Source: Limnothrix sp. BL-A-16 (GTDB lineage Bacteria > Cyanobacteriota > Cyanobacteriia > CACIAM-69d). Taken from it: a stretch of 64,000 nucleotides of DNA. The notes below the pieces were generated by a model. That model searched no databases, was not told the DNA's origin, and saw nothing but the letters and a program-made list of their open reading frames with translations. A program made the position numbers and the translations under genes. The stretch is from assembly GCA_041937175.2 (NCBI GenBank), contig CP166615.1, positions 640,001-704,000 on the forward strand, read 5' to 3'. This document shows positions 10,615 through 21,042 of the stretch, one piece after another; positions within the stretch are counted from its first letter, which is position 1; each line of letters begins with the position of its first letter.

Positions 10615-10933
10615 ACCAAACTACCTACGAGATATGCTGAACGCTGCACAATTGGCGCAAAGCTTTGTGCAGGGGATTGGCTGGGAAACATTTGAACAAG
10701 ATTTAATGCGCCAAGCTGCGGTTATTCGTCAGTTTGAAATCATTGGCGAAGCTGCTCGTAGAATTTCTATTGAAACACAAGCAAGCATCCCGAGCATTCC
10801 TTGGGCTAAAGTGATTGGAATGTGAAATCGCCTGATTCATGAATATGATGCGATCGATCTTGAGGTTATTTAGGACACTATTCATCTGGCATTGCCGGGG
10901 CTAATCACTGCCATAGAGCAAGTCATTACCTGA
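10601..10933 (+). pseudogene. HEPN/DUF86 ribonuclease toxin inactivated by two in-frame stops
   Basis: EIIGEAARRI...IPWAKVIGM*NRLIHEYDAIDLEVI*DTIH...; TGA 10823-10825 and TAG 10871-10873; frame ends at TGA 10931-10933. Confidence 0.85.
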
Positions 10934-10967
10934 TTTCCAGGGGTTAACTTGATCACGTTGATTTTGC

Positions 10968-11225
10968 TCAACCGGGTAGCGAATCCAGCAAAGCAGTCAA
11001 CATTCGGCGCGGATCGGCTTTTAACTTCACTGCCACCAAACCCAACAAACCACTAGCCGCTAAGCCCAGAAACCAACCGCCCACCGGCCAAGGCACATCG
11101 GCCACGCCATAGCAGTAGAGCGCAGCGAAAGCCAGTCCCAAAAGCCCCAGGACAGTGCCGCCCCAAAATCGCTGCCAAGTCGTCAAATTCTGGTCTGGAT
11201 TGAGATTATCAGGTTGCGTCTTCAT
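10968..11225 (-). CDS. Small two-TM hypothetical membrane protein
   Basis: ORF from ATG 11225 with two hydrophobic stretches. Confidence 0.6.
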   Translation of the reverse strand: MKTQPDNLNPDQNLTTWQRFWGGTVLGLLGLAFAALYCYGVADVPWPVGGWFLGLAASGLLGLVAVKLKADPRRMLTALLDSLPG

Positions 11226-11339
11226 CAATTCACCGAACAATGATAGGTGGACGATCGGAAGTTAAATCATGATCTGCTTCTCCAATGTAGCGAAACTCAG
11301 CTCAGGATTGTGTCCCCAAGTTCAAGGTTTATAGATCAA

Positions 11340-11858
11340 ATGGACTTTTCGTTTCAATGTACCTATTGCCACGAAGTGTATGAAGGATCGCCAAGCTTTG
11401 GGTTCACAGCGCCCGATCCCTACGTGGCACTTAGCGAGGAACAGAAGCAGTCGATCGCCTCGCCAACTGATGATTTGTGCGTGATTCACTATGAAAATGG
11501 CACGGTCGATCGCTTTGTCCGAGCAGTGCTGGAAGTGCCGATTCATGGCATCGATCGCCCCTTTCTCTGGGGTATTTGGGTCTCAGCGAGCGAACAAAGT
11601 TTTGATCGCTACGTTGCCACGTTTAATGACCCGATCGAGGGTGATGGCTTCTTTGGGTGGGTCTCGAATCGTATTCCTGAATATCCCGTGGAGTCGATGC
11701 GATCGGGTGATGTTTACATTCAAATGGGTCAGAAGCGCCCCAAGGTTTTGCTCCATCAACCCAAGCAAGGAATCGATCAACTATTCATCGATCAGCAGCA
11801 GGGAATTTCAGTCGATCGTGCTCAATTACTGACCGAAAAACTCTTACATGGACTCTAG
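11340..11858 (+). CDS. DUF2199-like protein
   Basis: N-terminal CxxC (FQCTYCHE), DDLCVI, FVRAVLEVPI, FLWGIWVS, FFGW. Confidence 0.75.
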   Translation: MDFSFQCTYCHEVYEGSPSFGFTAPDPYVALSEEQKQSIASPTDDLCVIHYENGTVDRFVRAVLEVPIHGIDRPFLWGIWVSASEQSFDRYVATFNDPIEGDGFFGWVSNRIPEYPVESMRSGDVYIQMGQKRPKVLLHQPKQGIDQLFIDQQQGISVDRAQLLTEKLLHGL

Positions 11859-11900
11859 GGGCATCACGAATAAACTTCACCAATCATCCGTTTTATTCTT

Positions 11901-12569
11901 TTATTCCGCCTGAGTCCATTGTTGCATCAGCCATTGCATTGTTTCCCCTTGGCTTTCCTGTTGGCTTCGTTGCAAGGCCGCAGAAACCAGGGCGATCGAC
12001 AAGTTGGGTAAGACTGCGGACGTTTCAATCATGCCGCTGCGCCCTTGATCAATCCCAAATGCCACGACCTGGGATTGCACCGAATCCACCACCCAATATT
12101 CCTGAATTCCTAACTGTTCATACAACAGTCGCTTAAATCCCAAATCTGAATTGAGGGAACTGGCGGCAATTTCAATCACCAATGTGGGTGACTCATACTG
12201 ATCCAAATTGACAATCGCATTATTAGCTGGTGGCAAGCGGCGATCGCTCCCCAAATAAAATGCAATATCCGGTTGAGCTTCCCATTTTTTCAATTTCTGG
12301 AAGCTTACATTCGTGTAGCCGTCAACTTGCACTCCCAACTGCATGGCACACAGCAACACAAGCACACTGAATAGTGAATGATTTCTAGCGTGCAGTGGCC
12401 CAACTGGTGACATATCAATCAAAAACCAACCATCGTGATAAAAACATCGAGCCGCTGCGGATTCGGGGCGATCAGCTTGCTGGCGAAAATCTGTCCAAGA
12501 GCCAGCCAGCCAGCCTTCATCGAAGGAAGCAACGGTTGGGTTCGGTGCGATCGGTGCAATGTCGATCAT
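11901..12569 (-). CDS. Uma2/DUF820 family endonuclease
   Basis: MSPVGPLH, QPDIAFY, PTLVIEIAASSL...DLGFKRLLYEQLGIQEYWVVD. Confidence 0.88.
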   Translation of the reverse strand: MIDIAPIAPNPTVASFDEGWLAGSWTDFRQQADRPESAAARCFYHDGWFLIDMSPVGPLHARNHSLFSVLVLLCAMQLGVQVDGYTNVSFQKLKKWEAQPDIAFYLGSDRRLPPANNAIVNLDQYESPTLVIEIAASSLNSDLGFKRLLYEQLGIQEYWVVDSVQSQVVAFGIDQGRSGMIETSAVLPNLSIALVSAALQRSQQESQGETMQWLMQQWTQAE

Positions 12570-12659
12570 GGATTGTTGGCCTCCGTGCGATCGCCTCACT
12601 TGATTATGACTCAAGGGCTTAGTGCATCTAAGCTGAATTTTTTGACCCAGCGTAAAGCT

Positions 12660-13271
12660 CTAAGCTGATAGCTGTGAATTTATAAACTGAAGACCATGAT
12701 CAAATCGGGGAATCATTCGACAATTCAGATTTTGTAGAGATTCCACAATATCAGGGCGATCAAAGTCCTTAGAGTTTCGATTCAGAAAACAAGCTTTCTG
12801 TGGTTTTTTCTCTTCCAAATGATTTATGACTGAAGCATACACAACTGAGTCTTGGGCACTTAAGCCATATTCAGACTCGCAAGTAGCTGCATAACTCAAA
12901 ATTTTCTGGGAGAGCGTGATGATTTCGGCCACATCAAGCAACCGATTCCGATAAAGAGAGAATCTTGATCTCTCCTCTTGAGTACTCGCAATGATTAAGT
13001 TGGCAGTATCTTGTAGATTCTGAACGCGGTTTCGATAAACTTCTGACCGTTGTAACTGACTCAACTCTTGATTGAGTTCTTCTTGAAGCTTTTTGCGCTT
13101 TTGAGCTTGCCGATATAGCTTGTCGTTGGGTTCAACTAATGAGTAAGCAGGTATTACTAGCTTCAATTGGTGTGACTGACACAGCGCCAGAATTGCTTCA
13201 CAAGATTTATATTCTTCTTGCTGAAAAACCAACTCTAGAAAAAAGTTAGTCTCAACATAGACACTGATCAT
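12660..13271 (-). CDS. PIN-like domain protein
   Basis: VYVETNFFLE, YSLVE, LSAQDSVVYAS, FLNRNSKDF: PIN acidic pattern with a central helical insert. Confidence 0.75.
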   Translation of the reverse strand: MISVYVETNFFLELVFQQEEYKSCEAILALCQSHQLKLVIPAYSLVEPNDKLYRQAQKRKKLQEELNQELSQLQRSEVYRNRVQNLQDTANLIIASTQEERSRFSLYRNRLLDVAEIITLSQKILSYAATCESEYGLSAQDSVVYASVINHLEEKKPQKACFLNRNSKDFDRPDIVESLQNLNCRMIPRFDHGLQFINSQLSA

Positions 13272-13723
13272 GCAACCAGAACCTCATGCTCAATTTTTCC
13301 TCCTTGAATCGCTGAATAAAGCCCCGACTCCAGAATCCAGCTTTGAGACTCATCCAAATCACTTGGCTCTGGATTGGCATAGATCAGTGTAGCTAACCAA
13401 GTGGAAACAATTAAAACCAGACTTTGCCCAGCAACTTGATCTTTAGAAATACTGGCGCGATCAAAGTAGGGCTGAAGAATTGACTCTGCATTAATGATGT
13501 AGTCAGGTTCTCGGAGCAATGGAGCAGATTCCACATCACACCAAAGATAAAAATGATCTAAGAATGCAAATAGGAAATAAGGTACGTTGGGCTGATGGCC
13601 ATGGGCTAAAAGATTCCGGCGAAATTGAGCAACCCAACTGGGTGATTTTTGGCGGTAGCGTTTGACTTCAACCATCAGCACCAAACGCCCATCTGCGCCG
13701 CGCACAACTAAATCTGCTTGCAT
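13268..13723 (-). CDS. Hypothetical protein with a PD-(D/E)XK-like motif, coupled to the PIN gene
   Basis: QADLVVRG.DGRLVLMVEVKR; 4-bp overlap with the PIN start. Confidence 0.6.
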   Translation of the reverse strand: MQADLVVRGADGRLVLMVEVKRYRQKSPSWVAQFRRNLLAHGHQPNVPYFLFAFLDHFYLWCDVESAPLLREPDYIINAESILQPYFDRASISKDQVAGQSLVLIVSTWLATLIYANPEPSDLDESQSWILESGLYSAIQGGKIEHEVLVA

Positions 13724-13805
13724 TTGAGGAGTTCCAGTTAACAGTCCAAGCACAATTCTCACCAGAAGTGCCTAGCTCCAGTATCGCTGATCCCATTGAG
13801 TCAGC

Positions 13806-13845
13806 ATAAAAGTACAGATGCCGACCTAGGAGCGATCGGCATCTG
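13806..13845 (-). terminator. Probable alaS terminator
   Basis: 10-bp stem CAGATGCCGA/TCGGCATCTG, then TACTTTTAT on the minus strand. Confidence 0.65.
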
Positions 13846-13880
13846 CTGATTAATAAGTTTTGAGGCAAGTCGCGATCGCG

Positions 13881-16517
13881 TTAGCCGATCGCCCCTTCTA
13901 GTTGCGCCTTAGCAGCGGCGATCGCCTCATCCAGTTTGCTGGCATCGCGGCCGCCTGCTTGGGCTAGGTTGGGTTTGCCGCCGCCGCCGCCGCCGCAGAG
14001 TTTGGCGATCGCCCCGATGAATTTGCCCGCTTGCAGGCCCTTGGCGATCGTTGCTTTGCCAAAAGCCGCCACCAGGCTCACTTTGCCATCATCGGTGGCC
14101 GAAGCCAGCACTACCGCTGCGCCGTCGCCCAGCTTTTGGGCCAACCGATCGCCCGCCGTGGTCAGGGAAGCCGCATCGACCCCATCGATCCGCGCCACCA
14201 AAATTCGGAAGTCGCCGATCGCCTCGGCCTGGCTGGCCAAACTGTCGGACTTGGCGATCGCCAGTTCCGCTTTCAGGGCATCCAGTTGTTTTTGGCTGGT
14301 TTTCAGCTCCTCTTGCAGGGTGCTGACCCGATCGAGCACTTCCTCGGGCTTCACCTTGAACCGATCGCTTAGGTCGCGCACCACCCGATCGCGCAGGTTC
14401 AAATAGTCCAAAATTGCCGGGCCCGACACCGCCTCAATCCGTCGGATGCCAGAGGCCACGCCCGCTTCGGAAATAATCTTGAATGCGCCGATTTCCGCCG
14501 TGTTGCTCACGTGGGTGCCGCCGCACAGCTCCATGGACACGCCGGGGAAATCGACCACCCGCACCACGTCGCCGTACTTCTCGCCAAACATGGCCGTTGC
14601 GCCCTTGGCCTTGGCATCGGCGATCGGCATTTCCGCCACCACCGCGCCGTGGGCTTCCGCAATCCAGGTGTTCACTTGGCTTTCCACTTGGGCCACCTCG
14701 TCGGTGGTTAGGGGGCGGGGGCAATTGAAGTCAAACCGCAGCCGATCGAAGTCCACCAGCGAACCGGCTTGGGAAATGCTGGGATCGATCAGCGTTTTCA
14801 GGGCCGCTTGCAACAGGTGGGTGGCGCTGTGGTTGGCTTGGGCCCGGCGGCGACAGGCTTGGTCAATTGTGGCCGAGAGGGTTTGGCCAGCTTTTAAAGT
14901 GCCGCGCTCGACCCGCCCGAAATGCACAAAAAAGTCCGATTCTTTTTTGACATCGGTAATTCGTACCAGCAAATCATCGCCGCTGAAATAGCCCCGATCG
15001 CCAATTTGGCCGCCCGATTCCGCATAGAAGGGGGTGCGATCGAGCAGGATTTGCACCTCGTCTCCGGCGCTGGCGGTTTCTACCACTTTGCCCGCCACCA
15101 ACAGCGCTTCTACTTGGGCGGTGCTGGCGCTATTTTGGTAGCCCAAAAATTCGGTTTTTTGGACTTTTTCGGCCAGGGAATCGATCGAGCCTTGAACGGT
15201 CAAATCGATCGTTTCGTGGGCGGCGCGGGCCCGTTCCCGCTGCTTGTCCATCTCCACTTCAAACCCATCCACGTCCACAGAAATGCCCTGTTCTTCGGCA
15301 ATTTCCTGGGTCAATTCCAGCGGGAAACCAAAGGTGTCGTAAAGAACGAACGCATCGGCTCCGGAAATTTGTTGGGGATTTTTCGCGAGGATTTCTGCAA
15401 GCAGTTTCTCGCCCCGTTCCAAAGTTTTCAGGAATTGGGCTTCTTCCCGTTGCAACTCCGATTTGATGTAGTTAGCTCGATCGCGCACATTTGAATAAAT
15501 CGCTTCCGACAGAACGATCGCGGTTTCAGCCACTTTTGTGGTGAATTCACCGGAAATCCCGATCAAGCGACCGTGGCGCACCACCCGCCGAATCAACCGC
15601 CGCAAAATGTAGCCCCGACCCAGGTTAGAAGCCGTCACCCCATCGGCAATCAGATGCACGACCGCTCGCACATGGTCGCCGATCACCTTGAGGGAAACCT
15701 TGGTTTTTTCGTCGGCTTTGGCGTAGTCCACCTGGGCAATATCAGCGGCCGTTTTGATGATCGGAAAAATCAGATCCGTTTCATAGTTATTCGGCACTTT
15801 TTGCAGGATTTGGGCCATCCGTTCCAAGCCCATCCCGGTGTCGATATTTTGGTTTTGCAGGGGCGTGAGGTAGCCATCTGCGTCTCGGTTATATTGCATG
15901 AACACCAAGTTATAGAACTCGATGAACCGCTCATCGTCTTCTAGATCAACTTCACCGGCTTGGTCGGGAAAAAAGTCGTAATACAGTTCCGAACAGGGGC
16001 CGCAAGGGCCAGTGGGGCCAGACACCCAAAAGTTATCGGCCTCGCCCATCCGCTTAATCCGATGCTCGGGCACACCGACTTGATCGCGCCAGATTGCAAA
16101 GGCTTCGTCGTCGCTTTCAAACACACTAACGGCGATGTTTTTGGGATCTAAACCGAAGCCCACTTCAGGATCGGTGGAAAGTTTCCAGGCCCAGGCGATC
16201 GCCTCTTTTTTGAAATAGTCCCCGAAGCTAAAATTACCCAACATTTCAAAGAAGGTGTGGTGGCGCTTGGTGCGGCCCACGTTTTCAATGTCGTTGGTGC
16301 GGATGCATTTTTGGGAGGTGGTGGCGCGGGGCGTGGCGGGCGCTTGCTGGCCCAAAAAGATCGGCTTGAAGGGCAACATCCCGGCGATCGTCAGCAACAC
16401 CGTCGGATCTTCTGGAACCAGGGAGGCGCTGGGCAGGCGCTTGTGGGCCTGGGCCTCGAAGAAAGCCAGGAATTTTTCGCGAATTTGGGAACCGCTGAGG
16501 GGAGCTGGCGACGGCAT
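13881..16517 (-). CDS. alaS: Alanine--tRNA ligase
   Basis: [57 protein letters not shown]. Confidence 0.98.
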   Translation of the reverse strand: MPSPAPLSGSQIREKFLAFFEAQAHKRLPSASLVPEDPTVLLTIAGMLPFKPIFLGQQAPATPRATTSQKCIRTNDIENVGRTKRHHTFFEMLGNFSFGDYFKKEAIAWAWKLSTDPEVGFGLDPKNIAVSVFESDDEAFAIWRDQVGVPEHRIKRMGEADNFWVSGPTGPCGPCSELYYDFFPDQAGEVDLEDDERFIEFYNLVFMQYNRDADGYLTPLQNQNIDTGMGLERMAQILQKVPNNYETDLIFPIIKTAADIAQVDYAKADEKTKVSLKVIGDHVRAVVHLIADGVTASNLGRGYILRRLIRRVVRHGRLIGISGEFTTKVAETAIVLSEAIYSNVRDRANYIKSELQREEAQFLKTLERGEKLLAEILAKNPQQISGADAFVLYDTFGFPLELTQEIAEEQGISVDVDGFEVEMDKQRERARAAHETIDLTVQGSIDSLAEKVQKTEFLGYQNSASTAQVEALLVAGKVVETASAGDEVQILLDRTPFYAESGGQIGDRGYFSGDDLLVRITDVKKESDFFVHFGRVERGTLKAGQTLSATIDQACRRRAQANHSATHLLQAALKTLIDPSISQAGSLVDFDRLRFDFNCPRPLTTDEVAQVESQVNTWIAEAHGAVVAEMPIADAKAKGATAMFGEKYGDVVRVVDFPGVSMELCGGTHVSNTAEIGAFKIISEAGVASGIRRIEAVSGPAILDYLNLRDRVVRDLSDRFKVKPEEVLDRVSTLQEELKTSQKQLDALKAELAIAKSDSLASQAEAIGDFRILVARIDGVDAASLTTAGDRLAQKLGDGAAVVLASATDDGKVSLVAAFGKATIAKGLQAGKFIGAIAKLCGGGGGGKPNLAQAGGRDASKLDEAIAAAKAQLEGAIG

Positions 16518-16582
16518 AGGTTGGCGGGGTGGGACGGGACGATCGGAAGAAACTGTTGCTAAAACCAGTCTATGAGTTTAAC

Positions 16583-17536
16583 TCAAGTGGGGCCGGCGCT
16601 GATTAACTCCCGGACTTGTTGATAAAACCAGTGGTTACGATCGCGCGTTTCCTGCAAACTTTCGGGATAGGTGCGGCATTGTTTCAAAAAGCGCTGCCAG
16701 CCAGTCACATCGCAGGTAAATCGATCGTACCGACGGCGATCGATCCAGGTTTTTCCCAGTAGTTTTAGTTGCCAACCGGCAGGCCGCCACCGCTCGATCG
16801 GGAAAATGCCCGGTTGATGTTTCAGGGTATAGGTTTTGCTGGTGAACGGAAAGGCTAAAACCCTACGGCCTAACAGTGTTCCCCAATAGGCTCCATGGTA
16901 GGAACTGGTGAGAATAGTTTCGCCGGATCCGAGGAAGTTGAGAACCGTTTCAAAATCCGTTTCCTCGTTGGTCATGCGGGGAAAATCGGGGAAATCAATC
17001 TGGAATTTTTTATGGGAAAAAACTACAAATTCATGGCGAATTAGCCTTGGCTGGTCAAAGGCGGGATGTAGGCAACTGGCACAGGGCAGCCAATGGTAAC
17101 CCAATCCTAAATTCTCCACATGGGCATCCCGCAGCCCCACCAAATCAAACCCATCCAAATAGGGTCGATAGTCGAAGTTTTGAATTTGTTGGGGTGTAAA
17201 TTTGCCGTAGATCTGTTGACCCGGGCCCCAGGCAATTAGCTTGGTTTGATCGGGCGATTGTTGTCGTTGCTGAACCAAGGCTTGGATCGCCGGTTTAAAG
17301 CGATCGAACAAGAGACCGCCGCCACCCACCACATGGGCGATCGGGCGATCGCCTAACAGCGATTCCGCTTGAGTTTGGTCGCGGGCTTCCGGATCCAACC
17401 GGCGCAGGTCGATCGCTTTTTGATCGGCGGCTAATGTCAAATAACGACTAGGAGCCGCAAGCAAATCACCAATATTTTTGGGGTCAATGACATGCCAATT
17501 GAGTAACTGCCAAGCATCAGCAACAGAGGTATCCAT
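16583..17536 (-). CDS. Polysaccharide pyruvyl transferase-like protein (ATG 17536 preferred)
   Basis: NIGD, VVGGGGLL, VGLRD, TSSYHGAYW motifs. Confidence 0.6.
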   Translation of the reverse strand: MDTSVADAWQLLNWHVIDPKNIGDLLAAPSRYLTLAADQKAIDLRRLDPEARDQTQAESLLGDRPIAHVVGGGGLLFDRFKPAIQALVQQRQQSPDQTKLIAWGPGQQIYGKFTPQQIQNFDYRPYLDGFDLVGLRDAHVENLGLGYHWLPCASCLHPAFDQPRLIRHEFVVFSHKKFQIDFPDFPRMTNEETDFETVLNFLGSGETILTSSYHGAYWGTLLGRRVLAFPFTSKTYTLKHQPGIFPIERWRPAGWQLKLLGKTWIDRRRYDRFTCDVTGWQRFLKQCRTYPESLQETRDRNHWFYQQVRELISAGPT

Positions 17537-17600
17537 AGGCTCCGGGCGGCTGCCGTAACTCCGTGAAGGGATGATTCCCATTTTCCAAAGCGGCCCCCAC

Positions 17601-19739
17601 CTAGCGGGACTGAATTCGGAAATTACTGAGCACCCCTTCCAAAACCGCATCCCGATGCCACAGGGAATCGCTGTCGATTGCCACCACGTAGGTCTTGCCC
17701 TGGCGCGTGTACAGGGCCACGATCGAGGCCAGAGATGGATTATCGATCGTGTATAGTTGCCAGCGCCGGTTCCGATAGCGCCGTTCTCCGAGCGATCGGG
17801 TGGGGTAAGGGAGCGATCGCAGCACTTCCGCCGTGGATTGCTGGGCCACCGACACCGCCAACACCCGCCCCGTGGCAAACCCGCTGCCATCCACCTCACT
17901 CCAAACCGGAGCCAATCCCTGCATACTCAAGCGCCAACCCGCTGGAATCACCATACTGATCCCGAGATTGTTGGCTGTGGCAGGTGTGAACCGCAGGGGC
18001 TTGGGTACTTCAAATTGCGTCCGCATTTGCGACACACAGGCCGCGTTGGGGGCGCGATCGGGCGATTGCAAAAACCCTCCCATAATTTGGCTCACGCAAT
18101 CGGAACTGCCAAACACTGCGTGGCTCAGACCCGGCAGCACGTAGCGATAGTGGCGATCCAAACCCCGAGCCACCCGTTCCGCAAACTCCGGCGGCGTAAC
18201 CTGATCCAATTCCCCAGACAACAGCAACGAGGGCACAGGGCTACGCACCGGTTGATTCGCCTTAGGAGCCAGGGCCGGCACTTGCCAGGTTTGGCAGGTG
18301 CGCAACAGTTCCTCAGGCGCTTGGAGCAGGGCCGGGGCGATTTCCGGATACACGCCGCTAGCATCTACCTCCGCCAAGGTAAACCCGCCATCTTCCGAAC
18401 ACATCACGGAGTTATAGACCCCATCGGCCTGGCTTTTGCTAAATAGCAGCAGCGGCAACACGCGCAAAATCCCCGCATAGCTGTTTTGGCGAGTTTCCCG
18501 CAAAGCCTGGGGCAACTTGGGAATGCTGGCGGAGGAATAAAACGCGGTGCTGACGGCGGAGATGAACCCATCCCCATCCAACAACACGGGAACTGCCAAC
18601 CGATTCGGATCCAAATTCTCGATCGAGAGGCGGCCTTCCAACAAATCTTGAAGTTCCCCATAGTTGGGCAACTGAATCACTTGGGGCCGAGCACGCAGCT
18701 TGGCCACGGCTCCCAAAAAGTCCTGCTCAAGGGTGGTGTAGGTGGAACCACAGAGGCGATCGCGCCGACAGGCCTCGAAAAACCGCCGCAGGGCCCGATC
18801 GGTGTTGCGCGGCAAATGCACAATGAAGCTGGTATCCAGGGGCGCAACGGAATCCAAGATCACCGATCGCAGGCGATCAGGAAAATCGCGCATCAGGTGC
18901 TGGGCCAACATTGTCCCGTAGGACACCCCATAGAAATTGAACGGGCCGCCATACCCCGCCGCTTGCACCACCAAGGGCACATCCGCTGCACTTTCTAGGC
19001 TGTTATAGGCCGCCAAATCCACGCCGGAACTTTTGAGCCGATCGCGACAGCCCGCCACCGCCGCTTGATAGCGATCGCGCAGGGCCGGTGAGTCGGGAAA
19101 CCGCGCATTTTGCACCTTGAAATCATAGATTTCTTGGCAAAACAAAAAGGGTTCTGAATAGCGCGTGCCCCGTTGATCAAACAAAATAATGTCCCGATCG
19201 CGCATTCCCGCCAACGAGGGCAAAAAGGCCGGCAGCAACTCCAACATCGATCCGCCCGGCCCCCCTTGGGCCATCACCAGCGGATCCGGTTGCGGGTTGG
19301 CGCTCTTGCTTTTTAAGATTGCCACCCCCAGACGAATGGTTTTCCCGGTGGGATTGCTGTGGCGCTCGGGCACGGTCACCATGCCGCAGCGCACCGTTTC
19401 CCGGGCAAATTCTGGCGGCAGGGTAAAGGGACAATTTTTCGGCTCGAAAGTTGGCGCGAAGCTGGAATTGGCGCTGGCGTTGGGAACGGAATTTGGGGTG
19501 GAATTGGGAGCGGAATCCAGATTTGGACTGACGAGATCTTCTGGCGCGATCGGGGGTGCAGCCGGAGCATTGGGTTGCGGCAGCGGCTCGATCGCCTGCA
19601 TCGTTTGACCCGCCTCTTGGGCCAAGGCCCGAGGAACCGAGGGCAAGGTTGTGAGGGCTGTGGCACAGGTGGCCAACACCATTCCCAACCGCCGATGCCA
19701 ATCGTGTGATCGCCGCGTTCTCGCCCCTGAAGTCGTCAT
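17601..19739 (-). CDS. Secreted alpha/beta hydrolase (TAP-like peptidase); start uncertain (19739 or later)
   Basis: Signal-like segment, QGGPGGS, FDQRGT, GVSYGT nucleophile, GELDQVTP, SH. Confidence 0.85.
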   Translation of the reverse strand: MTTSGARTRRSHDWHRRLGMVLATCATALTTLPSVPRALAQEAGQTMQAIEPLPQPNAPAAPPIAPEDLVSPNLDSAPNSTPNSVPNASANSSFAPTFEPKNCPFTLPPEFARETVRCGMVTVPERHSNPTGKTIRLGVAILKSKSANPQPDPLVMAQGGPGGSMLELLPAFLPSLAGMRDRDIILFDQRGTRYSEPFLFCQEIYDFKVQNARFPDSPALRDRYQAAVAGCRDRLKSSGVDLAAYNSLESAADVPLVVQAAGYGGPFNFYGVSYGTMLAQHLMRDFPDRLRSVILDSVAPLDTSFIVHLPRNTDRALRRFFEACRRDRLCGSTYTTLEQDFLGAVAKLRARPQVIQLPNYGELQDLLEGRLSIENLDPNRLAVPVLLDGDGFISAVSTAFYSSASIPKLPQALRETRQNSYAGILRVLPLLLFSKSQADGVYNSVMCSEDGGFTLAEVDASGVYPEIAPALLQAPEELLRTCQTWQVPALAPKANQPVRSPVPSLLLSGELDQVTPPEFAERVARGLDRHYRYVLPGLSHAVFGSSDCVSQIMGGFLQSPDRAPNAACVSQMRTQFEVPKPLRFTPATANNLGISMVIPAGWRLSMQGLAPVWSEVDGSGFATGRVLAVSVAQQSTAEVLRSLPYPTRSLGERRYRNRRWQLYTIDNPSLASIVALYTRQGKTYVVAIDSDSLWHRDAVLEGVLSNFRIQSR

Positions 19740-19764
19740 GTTTTTGTATTGACTCCGCAACGTT

Positions 19765-19797
19765 GACCCCATGAATTCAGGCAACCGCGCTACTACT
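19765..19797 (-). repeat. Solo end of the 9323-9431 element
   Basis: Minus strand GTAGTAGCGCGGTTGCCTGAATTCATGGGGTC vs GTAGTAGCGCGGTTGCCTTAATTCATCGGGTC at 9324 (2 mismatches in 32). Confidence 0.75.
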
Positions 19798-19843
19798 GTA
19801 GAAATTTGGTGTAGGGATTCTTCTGTTTGGGGGCGCGAATCCT

Positions 19844-19868
19844 GTAGGGGTGTACGGCCGTACACCCC
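19844..19868 (+). repeat. GTAG-type REP hairpin
   Basis: GTAG followed by the perfect palindrome GGGGTGTACGGCCGTACACCCC. Confidence 0.7.
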
Positions 19869-19896
19869 GATCCAGAATTGCACTAACCCGTTGGAA

Positions 19897-21042
19897 TTAG
19901 CCGATCAAATGCTTGGCCGCTGCTGCCACCCCAGCACCGGAGGTCACCTCAGCCCCCAGCTCGATCAAAGTGGCTTCCAGAGCAGCGATCGCCGTCAGCA
20001 CATCGCGATCGCTCACAAAGCCCAAGTGACCAATGCGGAAGATCTTGCCCTTCAGCGCATCCTGACCACCGGCCAAGGCGATGTCGTACTTCTTGCGCAT
20101 CACCGATCGTACCTGTTCCGCATCCACCGACTGGGGCATCACCGCCGTAATCGCCGGACTAGCGCAATCGTCGGGTGCGTAGAGCGGCAAATTCAGGGCC
20201 GCCACCGCCGCCCGCGTCGCTGCCCGCAACCGAGCGTGACGCGCAAAGATGTTGTCTAGCCCTTCCTTCTTCATCAACCGCAAGGCCTCTTGCAGCGCGT
20301 AGAACAAATTCACGGGCGGCGTGAAGGGCGTGCTGTTTTTGGCCGCATCCTTACGATATTTGCCCAAATCCAAATAGTACTTAGGCAAAGTTGCGGTCTT
20401 GTAAGCTTCCCAAGCCTTGGGACTAACGGCCACAAAGCCCAAACCGGGCGGAATCATATAGCCCTTTTGGGAACCGGAAGCCACCACGTCCAAGCCCCAC
20501 TCATCGATCGGGACGCTGGTTGCACCCAAGCTGGTGACCGCATCCACCATCATCAGCGCACCGTGCGCCTTCACATGGCCGTTGATCGTTTGCAGGTCGT
20601 TGATCACCCCGGTGGAGGTTTCGCTGTGGGTGACAATCACCGCCTTGATGCTCTTGTCGGTGTCGGCACTCAGGCGATCGGCAAAGGCTTGGGGATCCAA
20701 GGGCTTGCCCCAATCCGCCGTAATGGTTTCTACGGTCAACCCATAGGCCTCGGCCACTTCGGCCCAGCGTTCGCCAAACTTACCGTTCGTGCCCACCAAC
20801 ACGCGATCGCCCGCGCTCAGGAAGTTGATGATGCCGGCTTCCATGGCCCCCGTGCCGCTCGAAGCCAAGATCAGCACATCATTTTGGGTTTGGTGCAGCC
20901 ATTTCAGGTTTTCGGTTACTTCGGCCATAATCTTGCCAAAGTCGCCGCTCCGGTGGCCGATCGGGTGTTTGGCTTGGGCCAGCAGCACGGGTTCCGGAAC
21001 CGGGGTGGGCCCCGGAATCATCAGCATCAATTTGTTATCCAT
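19897..21042 (-). CDS. Class V PLP aminotransferase (alanine/serine-glyoxylate type)
   Basis: LMIPGPTP, SSGTGAME, HSETSTG, VDAVTS, SGSQKG, FRIGHLG. Confidence 0.93.
   Translation of the reverse strand: MDNKLMLMIPGPTPVPEPVLLAQAKHPIGHRSGDFGKIMAEVTENLKWLHQTQNDVLILASSGTGAMEAGIINFLSAGDRVLVGTNGKFGERWAEVAEAYGLTVETITADWGKPLDPQAFADRLSADTDKSIKAVIVTHSETSTGVINDLQTINGHVKAHGALMMVDAVTSLGATSVPIDEWGLDVVASGSQKGYMIPPGLGFVAVSPKAWEAYKTATLPKYYLDLGKYRKDAAKNSTPFTPPVNLFYALQEALRLMKKEGLDNIFARHARLRAATRAAVAALNLPLYAPDDCASPAITAVMPQSVDAEQVRSVMRKKYDIALAGGQDALKGKIFRIGHLGFVSDRDVLTAIAALEATLIELGAEVTSGAGVAAAAKHLIG

Noticed and set aside
10823..10873. Stop-codon recoding in the HEPN gene
   Set aside because: Two different stops, each one transition from the expected codon; TGA and TAG end genes normally elsewhere in the window
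17537..17899. N-terminal 121 aa of the track ORF 16583-17899
   Set aside because: Overlaps the hydrolase 3' end in another frame; recognisable sequence begins at ATG 17536
19740..19883. N-terminal extension of the hydrolase ORF in the track
   Set aside because: Runs through a REP and a mobile-element end; the signal-like segment starts later
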